Made by a program: the position numbers and the translations under genes
Shown: one piece after another, positions 24,151 to 37,184 of the stretch
How the letters are laid out: the number at the start of each line of letters is the position of its first letter
How positions within the stretch are numbered: the stretch's first letter is position 1
The notes under the pieces: model-generated
Seen by the model: only the letters and a program-made list of their open reading frames with translations
Database searches by the model: none
Told to the model about the DNA's origin: nothing
Assembly (NCBI GenBank): GCA_002269645.1
Contig: NIVC01000750.1
Location: 124,001 to 188,000, forward strand
Direction of reading: 5' to 3'
Length of the DNA stretch: 64,000 nt
From: Macrostomum lignano
Taxonomy: Eukaryota

Positions 24151-24897
24151 GTAAGACAATTGACCCCCTATAAACATTTTTTACTATCATTTTATTTACG
24201 CCTCCAATGCTGCTTTTCTAACACCACGTGGGTAGGGCGTTCTTCTGCACAGGAAATGCTATGAAAGAGAAAACAAACTTGCTGAATTAGGAAAGTATAG
24301 ACAGAGCACACATGGCAGGCTTATATTGTTGAATCGACCATTATTATGTGCAGGGAGGGTTGTCAGCCCTGAGAAATAACAACCCACCACACCCTTCTTA
24401 CCTTCTCTCTTCTCTCTCTATCTCTCTCGTCTCGCCCACAATGCCAAAGCATTTCGGAGTCTATGACTCGATTCCTAAAAAACTATTCGAGTACAGCATA
24501 AGCTGGCATGAGCACTTATAATACATTTAGTAGCCCCTATAACCAACCCAGAGCAAGACTCCTGAGCAAGGTTAGCTGTAGCCAATCCAACTTATGTGTA
24601 TACTTACTGAGGAAATAGACAGCAGGGGGGGAGGCCGCGGACACAGGGCAGAGCTACACAGTCGGTCAGAGGTGTATAAGCATACTCAGACCAAAGCGCA
24701 GGCATATTCAAGTGAGTCTCTCTCTGGCTAGCTGCGAGTGTCAACTGAGCTTCAAAGTTCATTCCTGGCCCAGGACTTGGACTCCATATAGCTCTCTCTC
24801 TCTCTCTCTCTCTCTGAATGTGTCAATCTTGACTAGCAAACTTGGTTTTAATTATCGATTGACGTTTAACTGAAAAGAAAGTTAATCATTCTCTCAG

Positions 24898-25215
24898 ATT
24901 CTTGACTGCCTAGTGAGGCTTTACCGACTGCAGCAGCAGCAGCAGCAGCAGCAACTGCCTCAGCTATCATTAGAAGCGCTGCAAGTTGTCCTTGGAGAAT
25001 CCGCCGCAGCAGTCACCAGTCCCGTTGATTCTACCGGTCGCCGACAGTCGCTAAGACCGAACAGTTCTGTAGAACCGGCAATTTCAGCAGTCAGCGCTGC
25101 CGAGGCTGCAGACATGGCCAGGAGGCAAGCTGAGAGTAGCAAACAGCAGCAGCAGCAACAAAGGCGTTCCGTCAACAGCTTTGATGATGATGACGATGAT
25201 GCTGGATGGTTGGAG
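24898..25215 (+). CDS. LMO7: LMO7-like exon (CH end ILDCLVRLYRL...LPQLSLEAL; polyQ)
   Basis: ORF 24913-25224; ctctcAG acceptor and GTGAGT donor. Confidence 0.8.
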
Positions 25216-25274
25216 GTGAGTTAATGAAGCTTCTCAGTCTGAGTAAACTCAGTCGCCGAGGAAACCAGTCTCTG

Positions 25275-25618
25275 GGTAACCTAGTCCCTAAGTAACCTAG
25301 TCCCTGAGTAATCTAGTCCTTGGATACCCTAGTCTCTGAGTAACCTAGTCCCTGAGTAACCTAGTCCCTGAGTAACCTAGTCCCTGAGTAACCTAGTCCC
25401 TGAGTAACCTAGTCCCTGAGTAACCTAGTCCCTGAGTAACCTAGTCCCTGAGTAACCTAGTCCCTGAGTAACCTAGTCCCTGAGTAACCTAGTCCCTGAG
25501 TAACCTAGTCCCTGAGTAACCTAGTCCCTGAGTAACCTAGTCCCTGAGTAACCTAGAATCTGGATACCCTTGTCCCTGAGTAACTTAGTCTCTGAGTAAC
25601 CAGTCCCTGAGTAACCAG
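25275..25618. repeat. 16-bp minisatellite (taacctagtccctgag)
   Basis: Tandem, near-perfect. Confidence 0.96.
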
Positions 25619-25671
25619 TTTCTAAAACGCTGGGCCCTGGGTAGCAATACGCAGCCCATGTAGCAAGACAG

Positions 25672-25946
25672 TCCATGCGGTTCAGCATCGCCACTAGCTA
25701 CTTCAAGTCTCCCACTTGCCGAACCCTCCTACAGTCTCTGAGCAACTGGAAGGAGAAGCGTCGAAGGTCGCTGCACAACTCGCTGCCCCGTCTCAACCTT
25801 GTCGAGGAGCTTCGTCGGGCTGATGAAGAAGCCGAGACTGAAGCGGCCACCACCGAGGCCAAAGAAAAAAATCGACCGCTGGCTCAGCGAATGCAGCAAA
25901 GGTGGGAGCAAAGTTTTAATTCTAAGAATAACTCACACCTGTACAG
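25672..25946 (+). CDS. LMO7: LMO7-like exon with DUF4757-like LSNWKEKRRRS motif
   Basis: ORF 25675-26070; boundaries chosen by phase (alternative donor after 25901 is possible). Confidence 0.65.
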
Positions 25947-26049
25947 GTACAAGAGTTCCAAAGAAATTTGCTCCAATTCATCCTGGACCGTCTCATATTT
26001 TATTGAATGTCTCTCTTTAGCCTGCCTAACATCTGAAGCGACTGTCTGT

Positions 26050-26908
26050 CTCCAGCCTGATTCGTCTTAACTCATCTGTGAGTGATTTGTCTCCATCCTG
26101 ATTCGTCTTAACTCATCTGTGAGTGATTTGTCTCCATCCTGATTCGTCTTAACTCATCTGTGAGTGATTTGTCTCCATCCTGATTCGTCTCAACTCATCT
26201 GTGAGTGATTTGTATCCATCCTGACTCGTCTCAACTCATCTGTGAGTGATTTGTCTCCATCCCGATCCGTCACAACTCATCTGTGAGTGATTTGTCTCCA
26301 TCCCGATCCGTCACAACTCATCTGTGAGTGATTTGTCTCCATCCCGATCCGTCACAACTCATCTGTGAGTGATTTGTCTCCATCCCGATCCGTCACAACT
26401 CATCTGTGAGTGATTTGTCTCCATCCTGATTCGTCTTAACTCATCTGTGAGTGATTTGTATCCATCCTGACTCGTCTCAACTCATCTGTGAGTGATCTCT
26501 CTCCATCCCGATCCGTCACAACTCATCTGTGAGTGATTTGTCTCCATCCTGACTCGTCTCAACTCATCTGTGAGTGATTTGTCTCCATCCTGACTCGTCT
26601 CAACTCATCTGTGAGTGATCTCTCTCCATCCCGATCCGTCACAACTCATCTGTGAGTGATTTGTCTCCATCCTGACTCGTCTCAACTCATCTGTGAGTGA
26701 TCTCTCTCCATCCCGATCCGTCACAACTCATCTGTGAGTGATTTGTCTCCATCCTGATTCGTCTTAACTCATCTGTGAGTGATTTGTCTCCATCCTGATT
26801 CGTCTTAACTCATCTGTGAGTGATTTGTCTCCATCCTGACTCGTCTCAACTCATCTGTGAGTGATCTCTCTCCATCCCGATCCGTCACCACTCATCTGTG
26901 AGTGATCT
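26050..26908. repeat. 41-bp minisatellite (aactcatctgtgagtgatttgtctccatcctgattcgtctt)
   Basis: About 21 copies. Confidence 0.97.
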
Positions 26909-26920
26909 CTCAAACCGCAG

Positions 26921-27260
26921 AGCCAAGAGCGTTAACGGTGTTGAATCCGAGTCAGAAGACGAGATTTTCGAGCCGCAACTTGAAGCAAAATCTGCTTCTA
27001 CTTTAAGATTCGAAACAGACAACAGACAGGAAGACTCAAGACTCGATAAAGAGCAAGACAGTATCAAGGACTGCGGCTCTAGTCGACTAGCATCAAAGGC
27101 TAATGCCCAAGACGATTTGAAAAGTTACAACGGAAAATCTTCGCCATTAAATGACAAGCAAAGCCAACCAAAGCGATCAGATGAAGCATCGAGCAGACTT
27201 CAAGCTGGAGGTGCGAGGCTCCAGTTTTCAAAGAAGCCGCCAGCACCGCAACCGCCAACG

Positions 27261-27292
<32 letters not shown>

Positions 27293-27782
27293 ACGGAAGC
27301 AGCATCAGCCACCTCCACCGCCGCCACCACCGCCGCTAAAGCCAAAACCGCAAGCAGCAACGACTCCGGTGACTTCGGCTCCAGCGGTGGACACTGCAGC
27401 AACTCTGTCAGCTCGCGAGCGCCTGTTTCTAAGCAACGGAGACGGTCAACAACAGCATCGAAGTCGGCTTCAGCAGCGACAGCAGCAGCCTTTAGTGAGA
27501 AGTCGCAGCACAGATGCTTTGGACGCCACGCCATCGGATGATGTAGTTGCAGATCAAGCAGACGACAGCAGAGTGTCCTACTACGGCGGTGCTCGCAGAA
27601 CCAGCCCGGAGCCAAGACAGCAGCGGCATGTTCGGCAAATTAAATCTGAGTTCGAGCCTCTGGCTACCAGCAACTTCAGTTCAGCTACGAGAGTTGTGCA
27701 GCAGATGCAGCCAGTCGCCAGTCAGCAGTCAGTGCCAGATCCGATGCCAGGGAATCAGTCTGCAACACCTAGGGCTGTCAAG
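26921..27782 (+). CDS. LMO7: LMO7-like large low-complexity (Q/P-rich) exon
   Basis: ORF 26898-27884; cgcAG acceptor and GTAATT donor. Confidence 0.8.
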
Positions 27783-29394
27783 GTAATTTTTGCATCATAT
27801 TTTATTTTACTTATTTCAAAGCACATTCATTTGAGAGGAGCTGTAAGGCAATTTAGTGTATTACAGGTAGAAGTGCGCATGTAATTAGGTTTGCACGGAA
27901 CTGGTTAATTAATAATTAACAGTACCAAGCTTACCTTTAAAAAACAAGACTATGCATGCCCAGATGTAATAAAAAGTTTTTAATTATTGAAGCTATGGAA
28001 ATAAAAAGCTCCTTTGAAATCGAAGGCCTTTTATTATAGCTATAAATTGTACTTTTGCCAAATAAACAAATTGGCTCCTAATTAATATAGTAACTACTTT
28101 AAGGTTGCGCGTGTACTACTCACGCAGACTTTATTTCCTCATATATTAATTCATTTTACCATTTGATGTTGGTCCATCAGTTCACAGGCGCCAATGAAGA
28201 GGTAAAGAAAATGATTTTTTAAACCTGCTTTTTATCTTATAAATCAAACGGTTGATTGGTTGCTTTGATTAAATGCGCTACTTTTAATCACGTGTCAGTT
28301 TAGATTGGTGATAGGTATTTACACAAGGACTTACATGAGTAATCTACACGGGAATTATCAATACAATTACGATAATAAATCATTCTAAAAATGTATTTTA
28401 AACACAAAAACAAAAAATGTAATTCAGTAGCTAGACATACAGTAGCCAAATAAAATTTGTACATCGAAGTATTGAAAAAAGTTTCATTTAGACGTAGCTA
28501 TTGAATAAATTTGGATTTAAAAGACTCCCGTTAAAATAATTGAGACCATGCAATAAACAATAACATACTCATAAGTCAGTGTAGGTGGTTGATCACTGCA
28601 TCATTCAGTTTAGTAATCACTGAAATTTTTGCTGGTAATATTATACCACAAAATCACCAATCAAAACATAAAAATTTCTGTGCCGTACCTTCATGATGAA
28701 TACTCCGAATATCTATTTATATCTATTTTTGTTATAATCTCTTGCAACGTGTATATTCACTTATCAAGTACACTCTTTGTTTTTTATAACAAATACATTA
28801 TTATGCTTAGCTAGCAATACGAGCGTACTATATTGATAGATTTAATTTTATTGAAAAAATCTGTAACTAATGCTGATGGGAAATATTTTCTGAGGAGAAA
28901 TAGTAGTACATAAAGTATCTGCCTTGATAAATGATTAAACTTCACACTATTTTGGCGTCGGTGATTTAACGCGATAATTTAAATAATTAACGAGCCTGTC
29001 CGTTGGATTAACGGGCCTCTTTGTGTTATATTTGGTCTTAAAAATTAAAACTTCAGTATTTAAACATCTGCAGAATAATTAACAAGTTTCGTCGTTATAA
29101 TAATTACGAGTATTCAAATCTATTTATCGGATAGGTTGTGAATTAATTAGTGCTTCGCAATTAATAAAAAGAGATATACATTAATTTGAAGCTGGGTGTG
29201 AAATAAATAATAGATTGCATTACTAAACAATATTATATTAAGTATTTGAGTTCCTTACCGCACTTCATTCATGTATAGATACACATAGATGTAGTCGACA
29301 ACTAGTAGGCATCAGTGCAATATTGATTTCTGACACAAAACCTTTCTTGTACAAATTTTTAATTGTTTTTATAAACGCATTTCAAATATCGCAG

Positions 29395-29505
29395 CACGTA
29401 CCACTGCGAGCTGTCAACAATCCTCTGATGTTCAGCGCTGAACAAACTGATTTGATGCGCAAGTCCTTGTCAGCAAAAGACTCGGCTGAGTCTGATGCTT
29501 TTCGG
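29395..29505 (+). CDS. LMO7: LMO7-like exon (HVPLRAVNNPLMFSAEQTDLMRKSLS...)
   Basis: Phase 0-0; gcAG acceptor and GTGAGT donor. Confidence 0.7.
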
Positions 29506-29690
29506 GTGAGTTTGTTGGCATGAATAGAGTGACTTGGTGCTGGTTGCAGGGAGTGACTAGATTCACTGATGCTGGTTGCAGGGAGTGACGAGACTCATTG
29601 ATGCTGGTTGCAGGGAGTGACTAGATTCACTGATTCTGGTTGCAGGGAGTGACTAGATTCACTTATGCATGCTAAACCTCTTCTCTACAG

Positions 29691-29756
29691 AGTATATCAA
29701 ATGGGGTTGACCTCCCCGGAGCAAGAGACCTGCAGCAACCATATCTGCCGCCCCAG

Positions 29757-29802
<46 letters not shown>

Positions 29803-29905
29803 TGCAGCAATCTTTTCTTCAACCGTCTAATGTCGGTTTAATGAAGATTCTACAGAATCGAGCGCTATTGGAGCAGCATCAGGAGCAGAGGCACAATAGA
29901 CATCT
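29691..29905 (+). CDS. LMO7: LMO7-like polyQ exon
   Basis: ctctacAG acceptor, GTGAGT donor, open frame. Confidence 0.7.
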
Positions 29906-30235
29906 GTGAGTCTCCGAGCTTTGCTCATTCAATTGTAATGACTGTTAAAAATACGCCACTTTATTCGCTTAACCACTTCTGGACAGCTGTGTGCATCTTC
30001 GAATGAAAATAAAAAATAAGCTGTGGCAGCTCGAAGCTTGCAAAAATACGAGTCGAAAATATAATTTGCAAAACGTGGGAAAACAGAACAATGAATATTA
30101 CAATGACAATACGAAAAAAGTAAATATGCTCGTACATTGGATATAAATAGAAGATCAAGTTGACGCGATGAGTTTTGTAGCTGGGTTAGAGTGAATAAAA
30201 TGCAATGAGGCATACAAGCAGACAGACAGACACTA

Positions 30236-30290
<55 letters not shown>

Positions 30291-30558
30291 GAGGCAGGCA
30301 GGCAGGCAGGCAGACAGACAGAGAGGCAGGCAGGCAGACGAAGGCAGATGCTATGCAGACTTACACGGTGGAGCTGTGCAACACCCAAAGCTTGCAGTTG
30401 AGCGTAAAACCAATTTGCAACTCTCATAGTCAGGCCACTCTAAATAGATGCGAATTCCAGCTATCGAATTACTCAACCACGAGCAAATACTGATGAACAT
30501 CCGGTCGATCCATCCTGGCAGCCGGGTCCATGCAATGCTACATGCACACAGTTTTAAG

Positions 30559-30972
30559 AGAAATGGACGATGAGCTTGTGTCTTCCGCTGGATTTCCCAC
30601 TTGCACGTGTCGTTGCACCTGCGCGCACTACTCCGAGCAGGCATCGAGCGCCAATTCGGATAGGCCAGCAAACGATCAATCAGAGTCATTTGACGCTTTG
30701 ATTGCCGATATGCGCAATTTCGTGCACGAACTGACTAAACTCGATGCCGACCTGCATTGCAGCCGGCGTCAGCAGTTGAAGCAGCGCAGCCGGTCGGCCG
30801 AGAGACGCGGCAACGACGCGTTCAACGACTACGATGACGACGTCGGCAACAACAACAAAGACAGGAACAAAGAGCCTCGAGAAGTTGCAACTCGCCGAGC
30901 TGCTGCACTGGACGGTTCGCAGACTTTATCCCATCAGAAGCAGCAATATTTGCCGCAGCAACAGACTACAAG
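30559..30972 (+). CDS. LMO7: LMO7-like exon (ESFDALIADMRNFVHELTKL...)
   Basis: ORF 30530-30976; acceptor chosen by phase, uncertain. Confidence 0.6.
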
Positions 30973-31308
30973 GTAGGTTTGAAGACATTACTTAGTTTAA
31001 GTTTTGAGATTAAAATCTTCATCAAATGCTCTGTTAATAAGCTTGAATCCAAGAATTTTATAATATCAGCTCTTATTGAAAGTTTGTGAGATGCGTCTAA
31101 ACAGCGATTTAATTTGGTGACCAGGAAATGACGTTTTAATCGCGAATTCTGAAGGCCCTATTGACTTTTCAGTGCTTTTCATCAACAACTTGGCTGATTT
31201 GCGATTGTAGTATGTTTAGTAGTACGTTTAAGAATATACTGAGTGTTTCTGCAAAACATCATTCGCATCTTTTGTTTATTTGCAATGTTTCTACCATCTC
31301 TCTACCAG

Positions 31309-31490
31309 ACATTCGGCCGAATGGGATCCAAAATTTGGTGGTCCCGCGCACTTGCGAGCGGTGCAGCAGCAGCAGCACCCACTGTCGCATCAGGTTGTGG
31401 TCAAGGATTCACGGATGAGGGTGGCTGCAGCGCCTACGGCAACCATGACTGTGGGCAGGCAACCGCGCCAGCTGCAGAACCATCCCCCGA

Positions 31491-31523
<33 letters not shown>

Positions 31524-31712
31524 TTCCTGCAGGCAGAGGCACAGCTGCCGCTCGTGGTCCGTTGCCGCCGCCGCCTTTGCCACCGAGAGGCGCACCGGAT
31601 CCGGTGGTCGGCAGTCGGACAAACGGAAGCTGGAACAATGGGGTCGGCAGCCGCGGTCAGCAGCAGCAAGTGAGCAGCCGGCAGTTGTGCTCCCACTGTC
31701 GTCAAGAGTTGG
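31309..31712 (+). CDS. LMO7: LMO7-like exon ending in the LIM start (VSSRQLCSHCRQELG)
   Basis: ORF 31280-31774; GTAAGA donor, phase 1. Confidence 0.85.
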
Positions 31713-31804
31713 GTAAGAATCAGTTTTTGATATTTGTTGAAATTGATGGAGATTTGAATGTAGCTATTGCCTAAATCGGTTTTAAAATTCATACAAAATA
31801 ACTT

Positions 31805-31965
31805 GTACCAATCAGAGACCTTTGTACCAATCAGAGACCTTTGTACCAATCAGAGACCTTTGTACCAATAAGAGACCTTTGTGCCAATCAGAGACCTTTG
31901 TACCAATCAGAGACCTTTGTACCAATCAGAGACCTTTGTACCAATCAGAGACCTTTGTACCAATC
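31805..31965. repeat. 19-bp minisatellite (gtaccaatcagagaccttt)
   Basis: About 8-9 copies. Confidence 0.95.
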
Positions 31966-32127
31966 TGTGCAAAGCTCAAATTTGTTCTGCTATCTTATAT
32001 TTATAGCTGTTGACCTTAAACCATGCACGTACCGCGTGATCACTGTTAAAATGCTATCAAGATGCCATTGGACAAATTGTAAAAATACCACACTTTTCCG
32101 CCTCTGGGATTTCTACCAACTACACAG

Positions 32128-32324
32128 GCTCGGGAGCAGCGATGGCCATCGAGACGCTGCAGCTGTTCTATCACGTGAAATGCTTTCGCTGCAGCGTCTG
32201 CAACACCCCGCTTGGCAACGGCAGCTCCGGTGCGGACGTTCGAGTCAGACGCGATCAGCTGCACTGCCCCAGCTGCTTCAGCTCAGACGAAGGTATCTCC
32301 TGCATCAATCTTGGTCCCGTGTGA
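32128..32324 (+). CDS. LMO7: LMO7-like C-terminal LIM exon (GAAMAIETLQLFYHVKCFRCSVC...ADVRVRRDQLHCPSCF)
   Basis: Closely follows the LMO7/LIMCH1 LIM pattern; 3' end uncertain (stop at 32324 or donor after 32291). Confidence 0.9.
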
Positions 32325-34451
32325 TAACCGACCTTTAGTGCCTAACCAACATTGTTTGAGTTCCTAACACTAATCTGTGGCTCTGGTTGTGCACGCTTTC
32401 CTTTTTACTCACTTGGCAATAACTTTAAATATGAAGGTCTATCTGTATACTAACACTTTATTAACACTGGTGCTGCGCATGCGTATTAAAACTGTAGTTT
32501 CAATACTGTTTAACCATTTCCTGCGATTCGGTTCACTGTGTCTTGAGCTCCACAAGCCTGCATGCAGAATTAGGGTTTAACATGTGCAATACAATCAAGA
32601 AGAGTTTTGTGTAACTGTATCTCAGAGCATTAATTCAATAGACGTTGATTTGCATGGGTGAAAGACACGCCGAATTAGAATTAGTGCTGATTCACCAACA
32701 TAAGCAATATTCGTACGATAAATTTAAATTAAGAGACACAAAATGCGCTTTTTTCTTACTTACGCATTCATTCTCGGTTGTGGTTTTGGTGTTGTTTATC
32801 TTTGAAGACAGCAGGTAAGTGTCAAAGTTTCATTGCTGGTTTTTCCTCTCTGATTTCCTTTTAACTTCTTTTTTGTTTGAGTCAGTACCCTACTTCTGTG
32901 CGAGTATATCAGGCACAAGGCACAAAAAAGGATTAAATGTACATTCGCTAGTCAGGTTTAGCTTAAATGTACACTCCTGCCATTCTTCAGGCGCAATGAA
33001 GATTAAATGTACATTCGCTAGTCAGGATAGCTTAAATGTACAGTGGGAGAAGTGCACACTCGCTAGTCGCATTGATTGGAAGTAATTTTCAGCTTTAATA
33101 GAAATATTTGCAACTAACAAACAATTTATCTAACACTGCACATATACGCTGCACTTAATCACGTCTTTCTCTTACATATAACCAGCTCCTGCTTTTTTCA
33201 CGCTTCTCCTAACCATTTTAGTTCCGCGAAGAACTTTACCTGGGCCGAGCTGACATGCTTCAAGCTGACAAGCTGGCGTTAAAGTTTGACGCGACCGTCA
33301 AGACCTCAAATTGTTCGTTGTAGATTAACATTAACTTTTTGACATGAAATTAACCGCTGATTTCACACAATAAATACAGTAACACGCCTCACACCATGTT
33401 AGCAATTTTGCACTGTTCTCTGTTTTCCGCAACATTGCGCGCACCGTTTAACTTGGTCAACTGAAACAGAAGGTCTGCACTGGCGAGATGGGTAGCTTTT
33501 CAGATCGGAATTTTGAATCGCAAATGAAGCAAGCAAGTGTTTATGGTTGTATTCATTTGTTAAAATCAAATATGGATTTTGTACAAAGATTTGCTTTCTG
33601 AATGAGGTTTCTTTTGCGATTTAGAAGTCCGGAAGGAGTGTAAAAAATGTTTAGCAGAACCAAACGCAATACCTTTTTTGTTTTGCGTTGAGAAATTAAA
33701 ACCGCCATTTTCTGTAATGCATATTCTTTCGATAAAGCCTGAATCCTAAAATTTCCAAAAAAAAATCGGTTTCCTGTCCATCTACCTAAGTAGTCCTTGG
33801 TGAGATACGCGAGTGAAGCGCAGTCCCGATCTCTACTTCAGACGTCCATGATGCCAATGTATTGGGGTTCTCCAGCTATTTTAATGAAACTCATTGTCCA
33901 ACCCGGCATAGAGCACTGTATTTGTACAGAACTGCTTTATTCGTCTCATTTTTTCTTCAGGACAAAAATTCAGCTGCGTTTGACAGTCTGATTTGGAGCT
34001 CGAGGCAAACCGAATCGAGGGCAGGACAAGCCACCGCGATCTGCTCACTGCCTTCGCTTCAATGCTTTAATCGGATTTTCTTTCCAATAAAAAATTGCTC
34101 GAATTGTAATACTTGCCAGCAGTAGACAAGTACGAGTGTGTTCTGTGCAAAGAGTTGTTATAACGGCATTTTAGGTTCACACTATACAACACGGATAACT
34201 TCCTGCGAATCATATTCATATTAAACTTTCTTCAATACATCATCAGACAGTTTATCATTGAATGGCGTTCGTTGTTTCATGCTCATTAACTCTACTACTT
34301 ATCAATAGTAGCAAGCGTAAATATACAGGCAAATACACGCCACGCAGAGAGTCGGGGACTGCGAATTTTAAGTTTAGATCAGGCGCCTGACTGACTCACT
34401 GACTGCCTATTGACTCTTATAAACAATACGTGGCTTAGCGCACGGACATGC

Positions 34452-34825
34452 TGTCCCCTTCTGTCCCTTTCTGCCCCCCTCTGTCCAATTCTGTCCCCCT
34501 CTGTCCCCCTCTGTCCAATTCTGTCCCCTTCTGTCCCATTCTGTTCCCTTCTGTCCCCTTCTGTCCCCTTCTGTTCTCTTCTGTCCCCTTCTGTCCCCTT
34601 CTGTCCCCTTCTGTTCTCTTCTGTCCCCTTCTGTCCCCTTCTGTTCCCTTCTGTCCCCTTCTGTCCTCTTGTGTCCCCTTCTGTCTCCTGTACCCTTCCA
34701 TCCTCTTGTGCCCCCTCCCTGTCCCCTCTGTGCCCTCTCCTCTGTCCCTCTTTCCCCTCCTGTCTCATCCCCTCTGTCCTCTCCTGTCCCCTCCCCTCAG
34801 TCCCTAGCTTCCCTCTGTCCCCCCT
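34452..34825. repeat. 10-bp pyrimidine-rich repeat (ctgtcccctt)
   Basis: Tandem. Confidence 0.92.
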
Positions 34826-35214
34826 ACAGCTAGTGGATAACTAACCTGAATTCACACGTTCTTTGAATCCATTCGCTCGTTAAGCTTCTGGAACAATCCT
34901 TGTAGTTTTTTCGCCAAAAAATGTCAAAAAGTGGTATGAGATTCTGTGAATGTCATGGAAAAATTCAGCGCTCTAAGAAATCAATCTGCTCGTTAAACTG
35001 GAAAATAATTTCCTCTAAGAATCTTGAAAAGAAGAAAATGTGTCGAACCGTATGATTATAATTTTTTCGATTCTTTTTTACTTTTTACACTTGGCAGAAC
35101 AAATGGCAGGCGTATTGCTTTGAGCAGCATTTCACTTTATGGTCAGTGATTCGTGGTGTAAAATTCGAGTCTGTGATTCATTCCATGAAAATCTAAATTG
35201 GTTGATAGTGAATA

Positions 35215-36605
35215 ATTTGAGTTCTTGTCAGCCATCTGAGCAATTCTTCATTTGAGATCTTGTCAGCCATCTGAGCAATTCTTTATTTGAGATCTTGTCA
35301 GCCATCTGAGCAATTCTTTATTTGAGATCTTGTCAGCCATCTGAGCAATTCTTTATTTGAGTTCTTGTCAGCCATCTGAGCAATTCTTTATTTGAGATCT
35401 TGTCAGCCATCTGAGCAATTCTTTATTTGAGATCTTGTCAGCCATCTGAGCAATTCTTTATTTGAGATCTTGTCAGCCATCTGAGCAATTCTTTATTTGA
35501 GATCTTGTCAGCCATCTGAGCAATTCTTCATTTGAGTTCTTGTCAGCCATCTGAGCAATTCTTCATTTGAGATCTTGTCAGCCATCTGAGCAATTCATCA
35601 TTTGAGTTCTTGTCAGCCATCTGAGCAATTCATCATTTGAGTTCTTGTCAGCCATCTGAGCAATTCATCATTTGAATTCTTTTCAGCCATCTGAGAAATT
35701 CTTCATTTGAGTTCTTGTCAGCCATCTGAGCAATTCTTCATTTGAGTTCTTGTCAGCCATCTGAGCAATTCTTCATTTGAGATCTTGTCAGCCATCTGAG
35801 CAATTCATCATTTGAGTTCTTGTCAGCCATCTGAGCAATTGTTCATTTGAGTTCTTGTCAGCCATCTGAGAAATTCTTCATTTGAGATCTTGTCAGCCAT
35901 CTGAGCAATTCTTCATTTGAGATCTTGTCAGCCATCTGAGCAATTCATCATTTGAGTTCTTGTCAGTCATCTGAGCAATTCATCATTTGAATTCTTTTCA
36001 GCCATCTGAGAAATTCTTCATTTGAGTTCTTGTCAGCCATCTGAGCAATTCTTCATTTGAGTTCTTGTCAGCCATCTGAGAAATTCTTCATTTGAGTTCT
36101 TGTCAGCCATCTGAGCAATTCTTCATTTGAGTTCTTGTCAGCCATCTGAGCAATTCTTCATTTGAGATCTTGTCAGCCATCTGAGCAATTCATCATTTGA
36201 GTTCTTGTCAGCCATCTGAGCAATTGTTCATTTGAGTTCTTGTCAGCCATCTGAGAAATTCTTCATTTGAGATCTTGTCAGCCATCTGAGCAATTCATCA
36301 TTTGAGTTCTTGTCAGCCATCTGAGCAATTGTTCATTTGAGTTCTTGTCAGCCATCTGAGCAATTGTTCATTTGAGATCTTGTCAGCCATCTGAGCAATT
36401 CATCATTTGAGTTCTTGTCAGCCATCTGAGCAATTGTTCATTTGAGTTCTTGTCAGCCATCTGAGCAATTGTTCATTTGAGTTCTTGTCAGCCATCTGAG
36501 CAATTGTTCATTTGAGTTCTTGTCAGCCATCTGAGCAATTGTTCATTTGAGTTCTTGTCAGCCATCTGAGCAATTGTTCATTTGAGTTCTTGTCAGCCAT
36601 CTGAG
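35215..36605. repeat. 35-bp minisatellite (atttgagttcttgtcagccatctgagcaattcttc)
   Basis: About 40 copies. Confidence 0.98.
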
Positions 36606-37184
36606 TCATCATCTCTGAGTACTTGGCCATCTGACCGCTTCCTCCTAGAAGCAATCGTGAATGTTTTAAACATTTTAGTTGCAGCCGTCAAGTTTTAATC
36701 CCGCATTTACGGTCGTCATTTTTTCTTCAAAAGCACTTTTAAGAATCCACTTAACCCAAAGGCAGAAGTCAGTCTCGAATATCGAATATCTATTTGGCAT
36801 CCCCCCAGCAACAGATGCCGCGGACCAGATGGCCATCTTACTTGAGTAAACCTTAAGTTCGCATTCGCGTCTCGGGTTTCAGTCGCCTCGCTACTCAACT
36901 ATTCGATCAAATTCTGCTCGGCTAATCTCTCAAGACTGAGTTCGGATTGTTGACCGCATGTTATATTAGATTTCTCCGCTCTGGAAATGCATGTTTTTGA
37001 ATTGAAAATTGTTTGCTAAATTTAGAGAGCAAAGTAAACTTGCCATCTGTCACCGGAACTGAAAACTGTGTCTCAAAACGTTTTCTTTAATAAATCCAAC
37101 TAGGTTTTCTTCTTTAATCTAGAATCCAACCAGGAGATTAATCCTTTCCGAACTGATGATACTCATGTACAACATGAAGCTGGC

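Noticed and set aside
25799-26020. Alternative frame KKKIDRWLSECSK as the true exon frame
   Set aside because: The other frame carries the DUF4757-like LSNWKEKRRRS motif and fits the splice phases.
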